Shown one piece after another: positions 28,671-38,146 of a stretch of 64,000 nt of DNA. The stretch spans positions 58,485 to 122,484 of the forward strand of contig CAZMTK010000003.1 of the NCBI GenBank assembly GCA_964569245.1. The letters are read 5' to 3'. Source of the DNA: an uncultured bacterium (lineage in GTDB: Bacteria > Fermentibacterota > Fermentibacteria > Fermentibacterales > Fermentibacteraceae). A model generated the notes under the pieces. That model did not search any database, was not told the DNA's origin, and saw only the letters and a program-made list of their open reading frames with translations. The first letter of the stretch is position 1; every line of letters starts with the position of its first letter. Both the position numbers and the translations under genes were made by a program.

Positions 28671-30046
28671 GGAAATCCTCCTACTTCACGCGGCTGCGCC
28701 CCGAGCAGTGCGCTCATGCAGTCGCGCAGGGTATCGAAGCCGGAGCAGCCGCCTTCATCGGCGCGGCTGCAATCCTCCGCGCTTCCCGCGAGTGCGGTGA
28801 AGCCGAGAAACCGGGCCTCCCTGGCCCGTCTGTCGAACGATCCCGCCGGTCGCAGCTCCCCTCCCAGACCGACCTCCGCGCAGAGCGCGGTTCCAGGGGC
28901 TAGAGGCCTGTCGAGCCTGCTCGAGGCGACCGCCATGCAGACCGCGAGGTCGGCCCCCGGATCCGAGAGCACCGCTCCGCCCGCCACGTTGACGAACACG
29001 TCCTGCGAGCCGAGATCGAGCCCGCACCGCTTCTCGATCACCGCCAGCAGGAGCGGAAGCCTCCTGGCGTCGAGCCCGCTGGAGCTCCTCTGGGGGTACC
29101 CGTACCTGGTGGGGCAGGTCAGCGCCTGGACCTCCACGAGAAAGGTCCTCGTGCCCTCGACGGCTGCACAGACGGCGCTTCCGCTCACGCCGGGGGACAT
29201 CCTGGAGATGAACCAGGCCGACGCCTCTGCGACCCCGACCAGGCCCGAGGCCGTCATCTCGAAGATGCCGAGCTCGTTCGTCGAGCCGAACCTGTTCTTC
29301 ACCGCCCTCAGCATCCTGTGGCCCCGGCCCGGATCGCCCTCGAACGTCACCACCGAGTCCACCAGGTGCTCGAGGACCTTCGGTCCCGCCAGCATGCCGT
29401 CCTTCGTCACGTGCCCGACGAGGAGCGCAGTGACGCCCGACGGCTTGCACATCCCGACGATCTCGGACGCGCAGTGCCTCACCTGTGCCACCGAGCCGGG
29501 AGCGCCCGTCAGATCTTCGGAGAAGATCGTCTGTATCGAGTCCACCACGAGTATCGAGGCGCCGGTTCCTGGAAGCGCCTCCGCGATCTCGGACAGCGCA
29601 GCAGCCGGCATTACCAGGAGGCGCTCGGCCAGGGAGCCGGTTCTCCTTGCGCGCTCGGCGACCTGCTCCGCGGATTCTTCGCCGGTGGCGTACAGCACGG
29701 TCTCGCCTGCTCCGGCCAGCGCGGAGGCGAGCTGGAGCATCAGCGTGCTCTTGCCTATTCCGGGTTCGCCTCCGAGCAGGTTCACCGAGCCCCTGAAGAT
29801 GCCCCCCCCGAATACTCGGTCCAGCTCTGCGATCCCGCTCGCGAGCCTGGAGCCGGGTGCGGCGGGGATGGCCCCTACGGGAACCGGGGGCGGCGCGGGT
29901 CTCCTCGACGCCTGGCTCCGGACCGGCTTCTCGAGACTCTCCTCGACGAGGGTGTTCCATGCTCCGCAGGAAGGGCATCTGCCGCTCCAGGAGGGATGGT
30001 CGGCACCGCACTCGGTGCAGAGGAAGGCGGTCCTCCTCCGCGGCAT
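28667..30046 (-). CDS. radA: DNA repair protein RadA/Sms
   Basis: N-terminal C4 zinc finger (CTECGADHPSWSGRCPSCGAWN), Walker A GEPGIGKST, KNRFG motif, C-terminal Lon-like domain. Confidence 0.9.
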   Translation of the reverse strand: MPRRRTAFLCTECGADHPSWSGRCPSCGAWNTLVEESLEKPVRSQASRRPAPPPVPVGAIPAAPGSRLASGIAELDRVFGGGIFRGSVNLLGGEPGIGKSTLMLQLASALAGAGETVLYATGEESAEQVAERARRTGSLAERLLVMPAAALSEIAEALPGTGASILVVDSIQTIFSEDLTGAPGSVAQVRHCASEIVGMCKPSGVTALLVGHVTKDGMLAGPKVLEHLVDSVVTFEGDPGRGHRMLRAVKNRFGSTNELGIFEMTASGLVGVAEASAWFISRMSPGVSGSAVCAAVEGTRTFLVEVQALTCPTRYGYPQRSSSGLDARRLPLLLAVIEKRCGLDLGSQDVFVNVAGGAVLSDPGADLAVCMAVASSRLDRPLAPGTALCAEVGLGGELRPAGSFDRRAREARFLGFTALAGSAEDCSRADEGGCSGFDTLRDCMSALLGAQPREVGGFP

Positions 30047-31383
30047 CAGCGGTCGGACACCTCCATGAACCTGCCCCTGTAGGCCTCGAAGACCAGGTTG
30101 ATGACCCCCCTGGGGCCGTTCCTCTGCTTGCCTATCACCAGCTTCACCTCCCTCGCGGGCCTGCTTCCCTCGTCGGGGGTGCCCTCCTCGCCCTGGGCTT
30201 CGTGGATGAACATGACCACGTCTGCATCCTGCTCTATGGCTCCGCTCTCCCGGAGGTCGCTCAGCCTGGGAGGCCCGTCGTGCGTCACGGCTCTCCTGCT
30301 GAGCTGGGAGAGGGCTACGATGGGAACGTCGAGGTCCTTCGCGAGTGATTTCATGTCTCCCGATATGCGGGCGATCTCCTGCTGGCGGTTCTCCTCGCCT
30401 CCCATGCCCCTCATCAGCTGGAGGTAGTCCACGAAGAGGGCGCTCAGCCCGTGGCTCTTCTTCAGATGCCTGGCCTTGGCCCTCAGCTCGACGGCCGAGA
30501 GCGGCGAGCTGTCGTCGATGTACATCGGAAGGCGGTGGAGCCTGTCGGATGCGTGGGCCATCTCCTGGTACTGCTTCTGAGTCAGGGTTCCCAGGGCTAT
30601 GGAGTTCATGTTCACCCCGGCGTTCGAGCAGATCATCCTCTGTGCGAGCTGGCGCCCCGACATCTCGAGGCTGAAGAATCCCACTGCACCGGGATACTTC
30701 GACGCGATGTGCTCGGCCATGTTCAGGGCGAGGGTCGTCTTGCCCACGGACGGTCTGGCGGCTATCACCACCAGCTCACCGCCGTGGAGTCCCGTCGTCA
30801 GCTTGTCCAGGCTCTCGAAGCCGGTCGAGAGTCCCGTGACGAAGGTGCCGGCGCTCGCGAGCTTCTCCAGGTCGGCCATCCCGGTGGACACCAGGTCGGC
30901 GAGCGGCACGAAATCCCTGGAGACGAGGTTCTCGCCTATCTCGAAGATCCTCTTCTCGGCCCTGTCTATTATGTCGCGGGCTGGAAGCCTGCCCTCGACG
31001 ACGTCGCCCATGTTCATCTGGCTGGCCGACAGGAGCCTCCTGAGCATCGACTTCTCCCGGACGATCTCCGCGTACTGCAGGACATTCGACAGGATCGGGA
31101 TGTCCTCGGTGATGGAGGAGACGTACTCCACCCCCCCAGCCTGGTCGAGCCACTTCATCCTCTGCAGCTCGTCGCAGACCGTGACGAGGTCTATCACGCT
31201 GTTGCGCGAGTCGAGCTGCTGGCAGGCCCGCCAGACGAGCGCATGACGCTCGTCCGCGAAGTCGTCGGCGGAGAGCTTCGTGAAGAGCTCGACCGCTATC
31301 TCCGGGTCCATGAGCAGTCCGCTCAGCACGCTCCTCTCCGCCTCGACGTTGCGCGGCGGGACGAATCCGTGGATTTCAGCCAT
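30046..31383 (-). CDS. dnaB: Replicative DNA helicase
   Basis: DnaB N-terminal domain, Walker A GARPSVGKT, the H4 motif and the arginine finger. 445 aa, with no intein. Confidence 0.9.
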   Translation of the reverse strand: MAEIHGFVPPRNVEAERSVLSGLLMDPEIAVELFTKLSADDFADERHALVWRACQQLDSRNSVIDLVTVCDELQRMKWLDQAGGVEYVSSITEDIPILSNVLQYAEIVREKSMLRRLLSASQMNMGDVVEGRLPARDIIDRAEKRIFEIGENLVSRDFVPLADLVSTGMADLEKLASAGTFVTGLSTGFESLDKLTTGLHGGELVVIAARPSVGKTTLALNMAEHIASKYPGAVGFFSLEMSGRQLAQRMICSNAGVNMNSIALGTLTQKQYQEMAHASDRLHRLPMYIDDSSPLSAVELRAKARHLKKSHGLSALFVDYLQLMRGMGGEENRQQEIARISGDMKSLAKDLDVPIVALSQLSRRAVTHDGPPRLSDLRESGAIEQDADVVMFIHEAQGEEGTPDEGSRPAREVKLVIGKQRNGPRGVINLVFEAYRGRFMEVSDR

Positions 31384-31945
31384 TCCCGCCCCTCCTGGGC
31401 AGGCCCGTCTCGGCCAGCCGCGACCTGAGCTTCTTCATGTCCTCCCATACCGGCCTTCTGAGCGCCGGTGTTCTCAGGACCGCCGACGGATGGTAGGTAA
31501 CCATCAGCGATGCGGCGCCCCTGGAGTGCCAGCCCACCCTTAGCTGGGCGATGCTGGCCCTGCTCCCGAGGAGAGCCGAGGCGGCGCTCGCACCAAGCGC
31601 GACTATCACGCCTGGTGAAATGATCTCCAGCTGCCGCTCCAGGATCCAGCGGCATGCCTCCATCTCATCGGGCAGGGGCACCCTGTTTCCGGGAGGTCTG
31701 CACTTCACCGCATTTGCGATGTAGCAGCAGGTTCTGTCGAGTTCGATGGAGGCCAGGATCCTGTCGAGAAGCTGGCCCGCCCTGCCCACGAACGGCCTGC
31801 CTGTCTCGTCCTCGGTCTGGCCGGGACCCTCGCCGACGAAGACCAGCCCCGAGTCGGGATTTCCCTCCCCGAAGACCGTCTGGTTCCTCGTCTCGGCAAG
31901 GCGGCAGGCCCTGCATTGCGCCGCCTCCGCGGCCAGCTCGGACAT
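31376..31945 (-). CDS. udg: Uracil-DNA glycosylase, family 4 (4Fe-4S type)
   Basis: CRACRL, VFGEGNPDSGLVFVGEGPG (family 4 GEGPG motif), HPSAVLR. The start is taken at M50 of the track ORF. The alternative ATG at 32092 would add an atypical 49-aa extension. Confidence 0.75.
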   Translation of the reverse strand: MSELAAEAAQCRACRLAETRNQTVFGEGNPDSGLVFVGEGPGQTEDETGRPFVGRAGQLLDRILASIELDRTCCYIANAVKCRPPGNRVPLPDEMEACRWILERQLEIISPGVIVALGASAASALLGSRASIAQLRVGWHSRGAASLMVTYHPSAVLRTPALRRPVWEDMKKLRSRLAETGLPRRGGNG

Positions 31946-32072
31946 CGCCCGGCGCAGAGAGCATGTCGCAGGCTCCGTCTCCGGAGCACTGGACGCCGTG
32001 CGGGGCGCGGCCGCCCCGGGAGGAAGATGGACGACGTCCAGGCCGAAGGTGTGGACCGCGTGCCAGAGAGGA

Positions 32073-33362
32073 TCAGACGGACGCCCGGACAAGGCGCCTC
32101 CCCATCTCGAAGGCTATCCTGAGAGCGACGAACCTCTTCGATCCGCGGGGGATCTCCACCTGCCCGCCGGATCGCAGAAGCAGCACGCCTGCGTTTCCCT
32201 CCGACTCCATGCCGGTTCCCGGCACGTCTCCCCTGTTGCAGAACACCGCCTCGCAGTTCTTCGCCTCCATCTTGCCCCTCGCGTTTTCGAGAGCGGCGTC
32301 GCCGTACTCCAGCGCGAAGGCCAGCCTGGGGCACCGGCAGTCCAGCCCGGCCAGCAGGTCGGGGACCGGCTCCATCCGGATGTCGAACGGCCCGCAGGAC
32401 CTGTGGATCTTGCCGGGAACGCGTGCTGCCGGGCGGAAGTCGGCCACCGCGGCGGCCATCGCCAGGAGGTCGCAGCCCTCACGGGTCGTCTCTTCGAGCG
32501 CCGTGCCGAGGTCCGAGGCGGAAGTGAATCCCCTCACCACGACCCCCCGGGGGGGCGGCGTCGCGCAGGGGCCCAGAAGCAGGGTCACACGGGCCCCGAG
32601 GTCCCGGAACGCGGCGGCCAGCTCGCACCCCATCAGGCCGCTGGAACGGTTCGAGACGAAGCGGACGTCGTCGATAGCCTCCCTGGTGGGACCGGATGCG
32701 ACCACGACCCGTCTCCCCTCCCAGAGCCCGGAGCAGCCCGGGAAGAGAGCCTCGTAGTCGGAGGACACGAGGCTGCCCAGAGCCGAATCCGTGCGGGCCA
32801 GCTCCGCGTCGAAGACCGACTCCAGGAGCCTCCGGGCTTCGGGGAGCCCATCGTTGACAAGGAGATAGTCGAATGCGCCGGCCCATCGGATCTCCTCGGC
32901 CGAGGCCGTGAGCCTGTTCCTGACGTCCTCCGGGCTGTCGGTCCCCCTACCTGCCAGTCTCGACTCCAGAGCGCGCATGCCGGGCGGCAGAACGAAGATC
33001 AGCACCGCGCCGGGCACCCTTTTCCTGACCGCGAGGGCTCCCTGCACATCTATGTCGAGCACGACGCTGCAGCCCGACTCCAGCGCCGACGCCACCCATT
33101 CCCCGGAGGTGCCGTATCTCTCGCCGTGGACGCGGGCCCACTCCAGGAAGTATCCCGCCTCCACCCGCCTGTCGAACTCGCACGGGGTGACGAAGAAGTA
33201 GTCGCGCCCCTCCATTTCCCCCTCTCTCGGCCGGCGGGTTGTCGTGGATACGGAGAAGCGAGTGCTGCGCCTCGCCTCCACGAGATGGCGGGCGAGAGTG
33301 GTCTTCCCCGCCCCCGAGGGACCGGCGAGCACCACGAGGATGCCCCTGCCGCTACTCGACAT
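32073..33362 (-). CDS. gmk: Guanylate kinase fused to phosphopantothenate--cysteine ligase (CoaB/DFP domain)
   Basis: The N-terminal roughly 190 aa are Gmk (GPSGAGKTT, STTTRRPREGE). The C-terminal roughly 230 aa are a CoaB-like DFP domain (VSNRSSGLMG, AAVADFRPA). It is one continuous ORF. Confidence 0.75.
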   Translation of the reverse strand: MSSSGRGILVVLAGPSGAGKTTLARHLVEARRSTRFSVSTTTRRPREGEMEGRDYFFVTPCEFDRRVEAGYFLEWARVHGERYGTSGEWVASALESGCSVVLDIDVQGALAVRKRVPGAVLIFVLPPGMRALESRLAGRGTDSPEDVRNRLTASAEEIRWAGAFDYLLVNDGLPEARRLLESVFDAELARTDSALGSLVSSDYEALFPGCSGLWEGRRVVVASGPTREAIDDVRFVSNRSSGLMGCELAAAFRDLGARVTLLLGPCATPPPRGVVVRGFTSASDLGTALEETTREGCDLLAMAAAVADFRPAARVPGKIHRSCGPFDIRMEPVPDLLAGLDCRCPRLAFALEYGDAALENARGKMEAKNCEAVFCNRGDVPGTGMESEGNAGVLLLRSGGQVEIPRGSKRFVALRIAFEMGRRLVRASV

Positions 33363-34215
33363 TGGCGACCTGCTCCTTGATGGAGGCCATCTCGTTCTTC
33401 ATCTCCACCACGGTCATGACGTCAGAGGGGTCCTCGAGCTTGGATGCCAGCGTCGAGAGCTCCCTCTGCATCTCCAGCACCAGGAAGGAGAGCTTCCTCC
33501 CTGCGTCGTCGGAGCCCTCCTGCAGCAGGGCGGCCGAGGTGGCGAGATGCGAGCGAAGGCGCTCGATCTCCTCGCTCACATCCATCCTCTCCGCGAGGAG
33601 AGCGACCTCCATCGCCAGCCTCGCCTCGTCGAGCGCAAGGTCTCCCGCCAGGCGCTCTACTCTCTCACGGGTCCTCGAGAATCTCTCATGAAGCCTTTCG
33701 CGGCAGCCCTCAGAAAGGGGCGCCAGCAGCGACTCGATCTTCGCGATCCTCTCGAGCAGGATTCCGGTGATGACTTCTCCCTCCGCCGCTCTGGAGCGGC
33801 ACAGGTCGTCCAGGCAGGCGTCCAGGCAGGCCAGAAGGCACCCTTCGTCGGGGGCTGCGGAACCCTGGCCCTCCCGCCTCACCACGCCCGGGAAGGACAG
33901 GATGTCCGACAGCGAGAGCCCGCCCGGGAGACCCAGCTCCTCGGCGACGGCCCGTGAGGCGTCCAGCGCCTGTCTGGCTCGATCGAGGTCGACGATCTGC
34001 CCTGCCGGCCCCTCGGGCACGTCTATCGCGACCGACAGGTCTATCCTTCCCCTGGATATGCGGTTCCTGACCGCCGCCCTCACCGCCTCCTCCATCGGAG
34101 CGAGCGAGGCCGGCATGCTGAGCGCTATCGAGAGCCCCCTGTGATTGACCGAGCGCGCAGTGACCACCATCCTGAGCCCTCCGGACTCGCAGGAAGCCCT
34201 TCCGAATCCCGTCAT
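33352..34215 (-). CDS. yicC: YicC-family protein (stress-induced)
   Basis: MTGFGRA N-terminus and the conserved C-terminal EMKNE...EQV region; upstream of gmk as in many bacteria. Confidence 0.7.
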   Translation of the reverse strand: MTGFGRASCESGGLRMVVTARSVNHRGLSIALSMPASLAPMEEAVRAAVRNRISRGRIDLSVAIDVPEGPAGQIVDLDRARQALDASRAVAEELGLPGGLSLSDILSFPGVVRREGQGSAAPDEGCLLACLDACLDDLCRSRAAEGEVITGILLERIAKIESLLAPLSEGCRERLHERFSRTRERVERLAGDLALDEARLAMEVALLAERMDVSEEIERLRSHLATSAALLQEGSDDAGRKLSFLVLEMQRELSTLASKLEDPSDVMTVVEMKNEMASIKEQVANVE

Positions 34216-34385
34216 CGATTCCAGGGCAGACCTCCTTCCTCCAGTCTGCGGCTTCGGCCCGGGGCCGGCCGCCGGACAGCCAGACCGTCCCGAATCGGGG
34301 CCCCGCCGCGCGGAGGGGTTCTCCGGGCTCCGCCCGGAGCGTATCCGTATATACTAAGGGTTTCAACCCCCGGGGGTGTCATTCC

Positions 34386-35972
34386 TTGGACGGCGTCTAC
34401 ATCTCCGTCGTTGCCGGCAGGCTCGCGGAGGAGCTCGCGGGAAGCGCTTGCTCGCGCGTCACCCGCCCCTTCCCTGGAGGTCTGGCTCTCGCCTTCGGAG
34501 AGCGTACGCTCCTCCTGGACGCCAGACCGCCCTCCCCGGCGGTCTGGCTGGGAGACCGCGGGGCGGACGCAGGTGACTCTACGGCGCAGCCGTGGTCGGA
34601 CCATCTGGACGGGGCGAGGCTTTGCATGGTGAGTCAGGAAGGGCTCGACCGCATCCTCGTGTTCGAGTTCTCCCAGACGAGGCGGTACGGGAATCCCAAG
34701 GCGAGGCTGATCTTCGAGATGACGGGGAGGAACTGCAACCTGGTCCTCGCCGGTGCGGGGGACAGGATACTGGCATGCACGCGGGTCGTCTCGCGCTCCA
34801 TGTCGAGAGTGAGGATCGTCTGCCCGGGCGCCGTGTACTCGGGACCGCCATCCTCGGGGGCGGGGCCGGGGTCCTGGAGGGAGGAGTCCGTGATCGAGGC
34901 GCTCGGCAGGGCGACGTCCGCGGAGGACATCCATCCCCTGCTCGAAGGAGTGGGACCGGCGACGGCGGGCGCGATTCTCGAGGAGTGCCGCGCTTCCGGC
35001 AGGAAGGTCGCCGATGTGGTCGCCGAGCTCGGGGCGGCTCTGGAGTCGCGCGAGTTCGTCCCCTGGGCCTCCGCGTACGGACCGATGCCGATCAGGCTCG
35101 GAGCGGGGGCGCCGATAGAGGATGTCCTGTCGCCGCCCTCGGGTGTCGGGGCAGATGGCGCATCCCGGGAGGCTCTGGAGGATGCCATCGCCACCAGGCG
35201 GGCCTTTCTGGCGAGAAGGCTGGAGAAGCTGGAGTCAGCCCTCGACGGAGCCCCTTCCGCGGACCTCCTGAGGCTCCGGGGCTCCATCCTCCTAGCCAGC
35301 ATCCCTTCGGTGCCCCGGGGTGCGGAGGAGGTCGTCCTGCCCGACTGGAACGGAGTGGAGCACAGGATCCCGCTCAAGCCCGGGAGGAGCGCCGTCGAGA
35401 ACGCCCAGAGATACTTCAGGAAGGCGCGGAATGCAGGAGTCGAGAGGGGAAGGCTCGAAGCCTCCATCCGCGAGACTCGGAGAGCGATCGAGGAGCTGGA
35501 TGCGGCTCTGTCCGGCGGGGACGCGCCTGGCAGGAGCACCCGCCTCGCCGGGACGGTCGGGGGGGCACGGGGAGCGGAGTCTCGCAGCCCCTTCAGCAGG
35601 GTCATGGGCGGCGGCTGGACCTGCCTGGTTGGGCGCAGCGCTCGGGAGAACGACGAGATCACCTTCAGGATCGCCGGCAGGGACGACATCTGGCTCCATG
35701 CCAGGGGGGCGGCGGGGGCGCACGTGGTTCTCCGGCACGAATCCAGGGGGCAGGCACCTCCGAGGGCGGTCCTCGAGGCCGCAGCGGCCCTGGCGGCCGC
35801 CAGCGTGAGGAATCGTCCCGACGTCGTGCCGGTGGATTATACGAAGGTCAGGTACGTGAGGAAGTTCAGGGGAGCCGAGCCAGGCGAGGTGGTCTACACG
35901 GGGGAGAAGACGCTCTTCATCAGGCTGTGCGGCGTGCGCCGCGAGGGCGTCCGTTCTGAGGAGGCCAGGTGA
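34386..35972 (+). CDS. rqcH: RqcH/NFACT-family ribosome quality-control protein (fibronectin-binding protein A-like, DUF814)
   Basis: NFACT-N (MDGVYISVVAGRLAEEL), coiled-coil middle and DUF814/NFACT-R (GGWTCLVGRSARENDEITF...AGAHVVL). Confidence 0.7.
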   Translation: MDGVYISVVAGRLAEELAGSACSRVTRPFPGGLALAFGERTLLLDARPPSPAVWLGDRGADAGDSTAQPWSDHLDGARLCMVSQEGLDRILVFEFSQTRRYGNPKARLIFEMTGRNCNLVLAGAGDRILACTRVVSRSMSRVRIVCPGAVYSGPPSSGAGPGSWREESVIEALGRATSAEDIHPLLEGVGPATAGAILEECRASGRKVADVVAELGAALESREFVPWASAYGPMPIRLGAGAPIEDVLSPPSGVGADGASREALEDAIATRRAFLARRLEKLESALDGAPSADLLRLRGSILLASIPSVPRGAEEVVLPDWNGVEHRIPLKPGRSAVENAQRYFRKARNAGVERGRLEASIRETRRAIEELDAALSGGDAPGRSTRLAGTVGGARGAESRSPFSRVMGGGWTCLVGRSARENDEITFRIAGRDDIWLHARGAAGAHVVLRHESRGQAPPRAVLEAAAALAAASVRNRPDVVPVDYTKVRYVRKFRGAEPGEVVYTGEKTLFIRLCGVRREGVRSEEAR

Positions 35973-36445
35973 GGGAGGAAGGCGGATTCGTACGCCTCAT
36001 CAGGAGGGCATACCTGTTCAGGAGTCTCAGCGACGCCGAGCTCGAGCAGTTCTCCAGGATGGCCCGGTTCGAGTCCTACGGAACCGACAGGACCATCCTG
36101 TCCGAGGGGGAGGAGGGCAGGACTCTGTACCTCGTCCTCTCGGGCAGCGTGAGGGTGACGAGGAGCATAGGCGGGGAGCACGAACAGGTGATAGGCTTCG
36201 TCAAGGCTGGAGACTTCTTCGGCGAGATGGCCCTGCTCGACAGGCGCCCGAGGAGCGCCTCGGTCCACGCGAACGAGCCGGTCGAGCTGGCGCTCTTCGA
36301 CCACGACGAGATCACGAGAGTCTTCGAGTCGAATCCCTCCATCGGATACAGGGTAGTAAGGGCCTTTGCGGAGGTCGTCTCCTTGAGGCTCAGGGACACG
36401 AACGACAGGCTGAGGGCCCTGCTGGTACTGGAGAGGAGCTTCTAG
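35969..36445 (+). CDS. Cyclic-nucleotide-binding-domain protein (stand-alone CNB)
   Basis: FGEMALLDRRPRSASV phosphate-binding cassette, 158 aa, with no effector domain. The ATG overlaps the rqcH stop (ATGA). Confidence 0.75.
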   Translation: MREEGGFVRLIRRAYLFRSLSDAELEQFSRMARFESYGTDRTILSEGEEGRTLYLVLSGSVRVTRSIGGEHEQVIGFVKAGDFFGEMALLDRRPRSASVHANEPVELALFDHDEITRVFESNPSIGYRVVRAFAEVVSLRLRDTNDRLRALLVLERSF

Positions 36446-36447
36446 CG

Positions 36448-37614
36448 GTGCCGAACAGGGCGGTCCTCCTGGTGCTGGACGGAGTGGGAGCAGGGGCTCT
36501 TCCGGATGCCGGTGCCTACGGCGACGAGGGTGCCGACACTCTCGGCAACCTCTCCAGGGCCGTCGGCGGGCTCGATCTTCCCCTCCTCGGTTCGATGGGT
36601 CTCGGGAATCTCCATCCGGTCGAGGGCGTCCCGCCCGCAGCGAGGCCGACCGCCTCATGGGGCAGGATGACGGAGAGGTCCGCCGGCAAGGATTCCACTA
36701 CTGGGCACTGGGAGCTGATGGGGCTGACGAGCCTGATTCCGTTCCCGGTCTATCCGCGCGGCTTCCCCGAGAGGATCGTGGAGGCCTTCGAGAAGGCCTC
36801 CGGACGGAGGGTCATCGGCAACGTGGCGGCCTCGGGCACCGAGATCATCGAGGAGCTGGGCCCCGAACACCTGGAAACCGGTGCGCTGATTGTCTACACG
36901 TCAGCCGACAGCGTCTTCCAGGTCGCGGCCCATACCGGCGTCGTTCCTCTCGCGGAGCTTTACGACGCCTGCAGGAAGGCGAGGGAGATCCTCCAGCCGC
37001 CGGACGGCGTGGGGCGGGTCATAGCTCGGCCCTTCACGGGCTCTCCCGGCGCCTTCCGGAGGACCCCCGAAAGGAGGGACTTCTCGCTCGCGCCCCCCGG
37101 GACGACCCTCCTCGACCTGCTCGCCGCCGAGGGGATTCCTGCAGGGGGCGTCGGGAAGGTGGACGACCTCTTCGCCCACAGGGCGATATCCACAGTGCAC
37201 GTCTCCTCGAACGCCGAGGGCCTGGACCGCCTGGAGCAGCAGGCATGCGGGCCCGGAGGAGGGCTTGTGTTCGCGAATCTGTGCGACTTCGACACGCTCT
37301 GGGGCCACAGGAACGACGCGGTCGGCTTCGCCCGCGGCCTCCGGGAGGTGGATTCCCGGCTGGGCGCGATCCTTGGCAGGCTGCGGAGAGGGGACCTCTT
37401 CATCCTGACCGCGGATCACGGGAACGACCCCACGACTCCGGGAACGGACCACACGAGGGAGTACGTCCCGCTGCTGGTCGTGTGCCCCGGCTCGACGGGA
37501 TCTCCCCTGGGCACTCGCGCGACCTTCGCGGACGTGGCCGCAACACTGGCGGAGTATTTCGGTCTGGAGGAGAGGTTCGGGGCTTCGTCATTCCTGCGGG
37601 AGGTGACGGGATGA
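36448..37614 (+). CDS. deoB: Phosphopentomutase
   Basis: VLDGVGAG, GNLSRAVGGL and TADHGNDPT motifs. GTG start with a GAGAGGAG RBS. Confidence 0.85.
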   Translation: MPNRAVLLVLDGVGAGALPDAGAYGDEGADTLGNLSRAVGGLDLPLLGSMGLGNLHPVEGVPPAARPTASWGRMTERSAGKDSTTGHWELMGLTSLIPFPVYPRGFPERIVEAFEKASGRRVIGNVAASGTEIIEELGPEHLETGALIVYTSADSVFQVAAHTGVVPLAELYDACRKAREILQPPDGVGRVIARPFTGSPGAFRRTPERRDFSLAPPGTTLLDLLAAEGIPAGGVGKVDDLFAHRAISTVHVSSNAEGLDRLEQQACGPGGGLVFANLCDFDTLWGHRNDAVGFARGLREVDSRLGAILGRLRRGDLFILTADHGNDPTTPGTDHTREYVPLLVVCPGSTGSPLGTRATFADVAATLAEYFGLEERFGASSFLREVTG

Positions 37615-37997
37615 GCGATCCCGCCGCGATGCTCTCTCTGGCGGTCGAGTCGGCCGGCCTCGCGTACGCCCCCTATTCGAAGATCAGGGTTGCCGCAGTG
37701 ATCGAAGATGCGCAAGGCCGCCTGCATGCCGGGGTGAACGTGGAGAACGCATCCTTCGGTCTCTCCATCTGCGCGGAGAGAGCCGCGGCTGCCGCCGCGG
37801 TCGCATCCGGATGCAGGGAGTTCGTGCGGCTGCTGGTGCACTCGCCCGACGTGGTGCCGGTCCCCTGCGGGGCCTGCCTGCAGGTTCTCGCCGAATTCTG
37901 CCCGCCGGAGGCGGAGATGCTGATCTCCGGACCTTCGGGAGCTGTCGAGTCGACCACGCTCGGCGCGCTCCTGCCGAGAGCGTTCAGGGTGCGGTGA
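37611..37997 (+). CDS. cdd: Cytidine deaminase
   Basis: YAPYSKIRVAAV and zinc ligands CAERAA...PCGACLQVL. The ATG overlaps the deoB stop (ATGA). Confidence 0.85.
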   Translation: MSDPAAMLSLAVESAGLAYAPYSKIRVAAVIEDAQGRLHAGVNVENASFGLSICAERAAAAAAVASGCREFVRLLVHSPDVVPVPCGACLQVLAEFCPPEAEMLISGPSGAVESTTLGALLPRAFRVR

Positions 37998-38146
37998 TTC
38001 GGCCGGGCGCACGCCCGGAAGGGATTCCGGCAGTCGGGGATGGCCCGGAAAGGCCGGCGGCCCCGGCCTGCGGGATTCCGCGGGACTTGACGACCCGGGG
38101 CGGGTTCAGTTAGCTACCCGGCCGTCTCTCCAAGGAAGGTGCGCCT

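Noticed and set aside
26946-30068. 1040-aa + strand ORF
   Set aside because: It runs antisense across ispDF, yacL and radA. It has no recognisable domains, is Arg/Pro/Ser-rich, and the opposite strand carries unambiguous genes.
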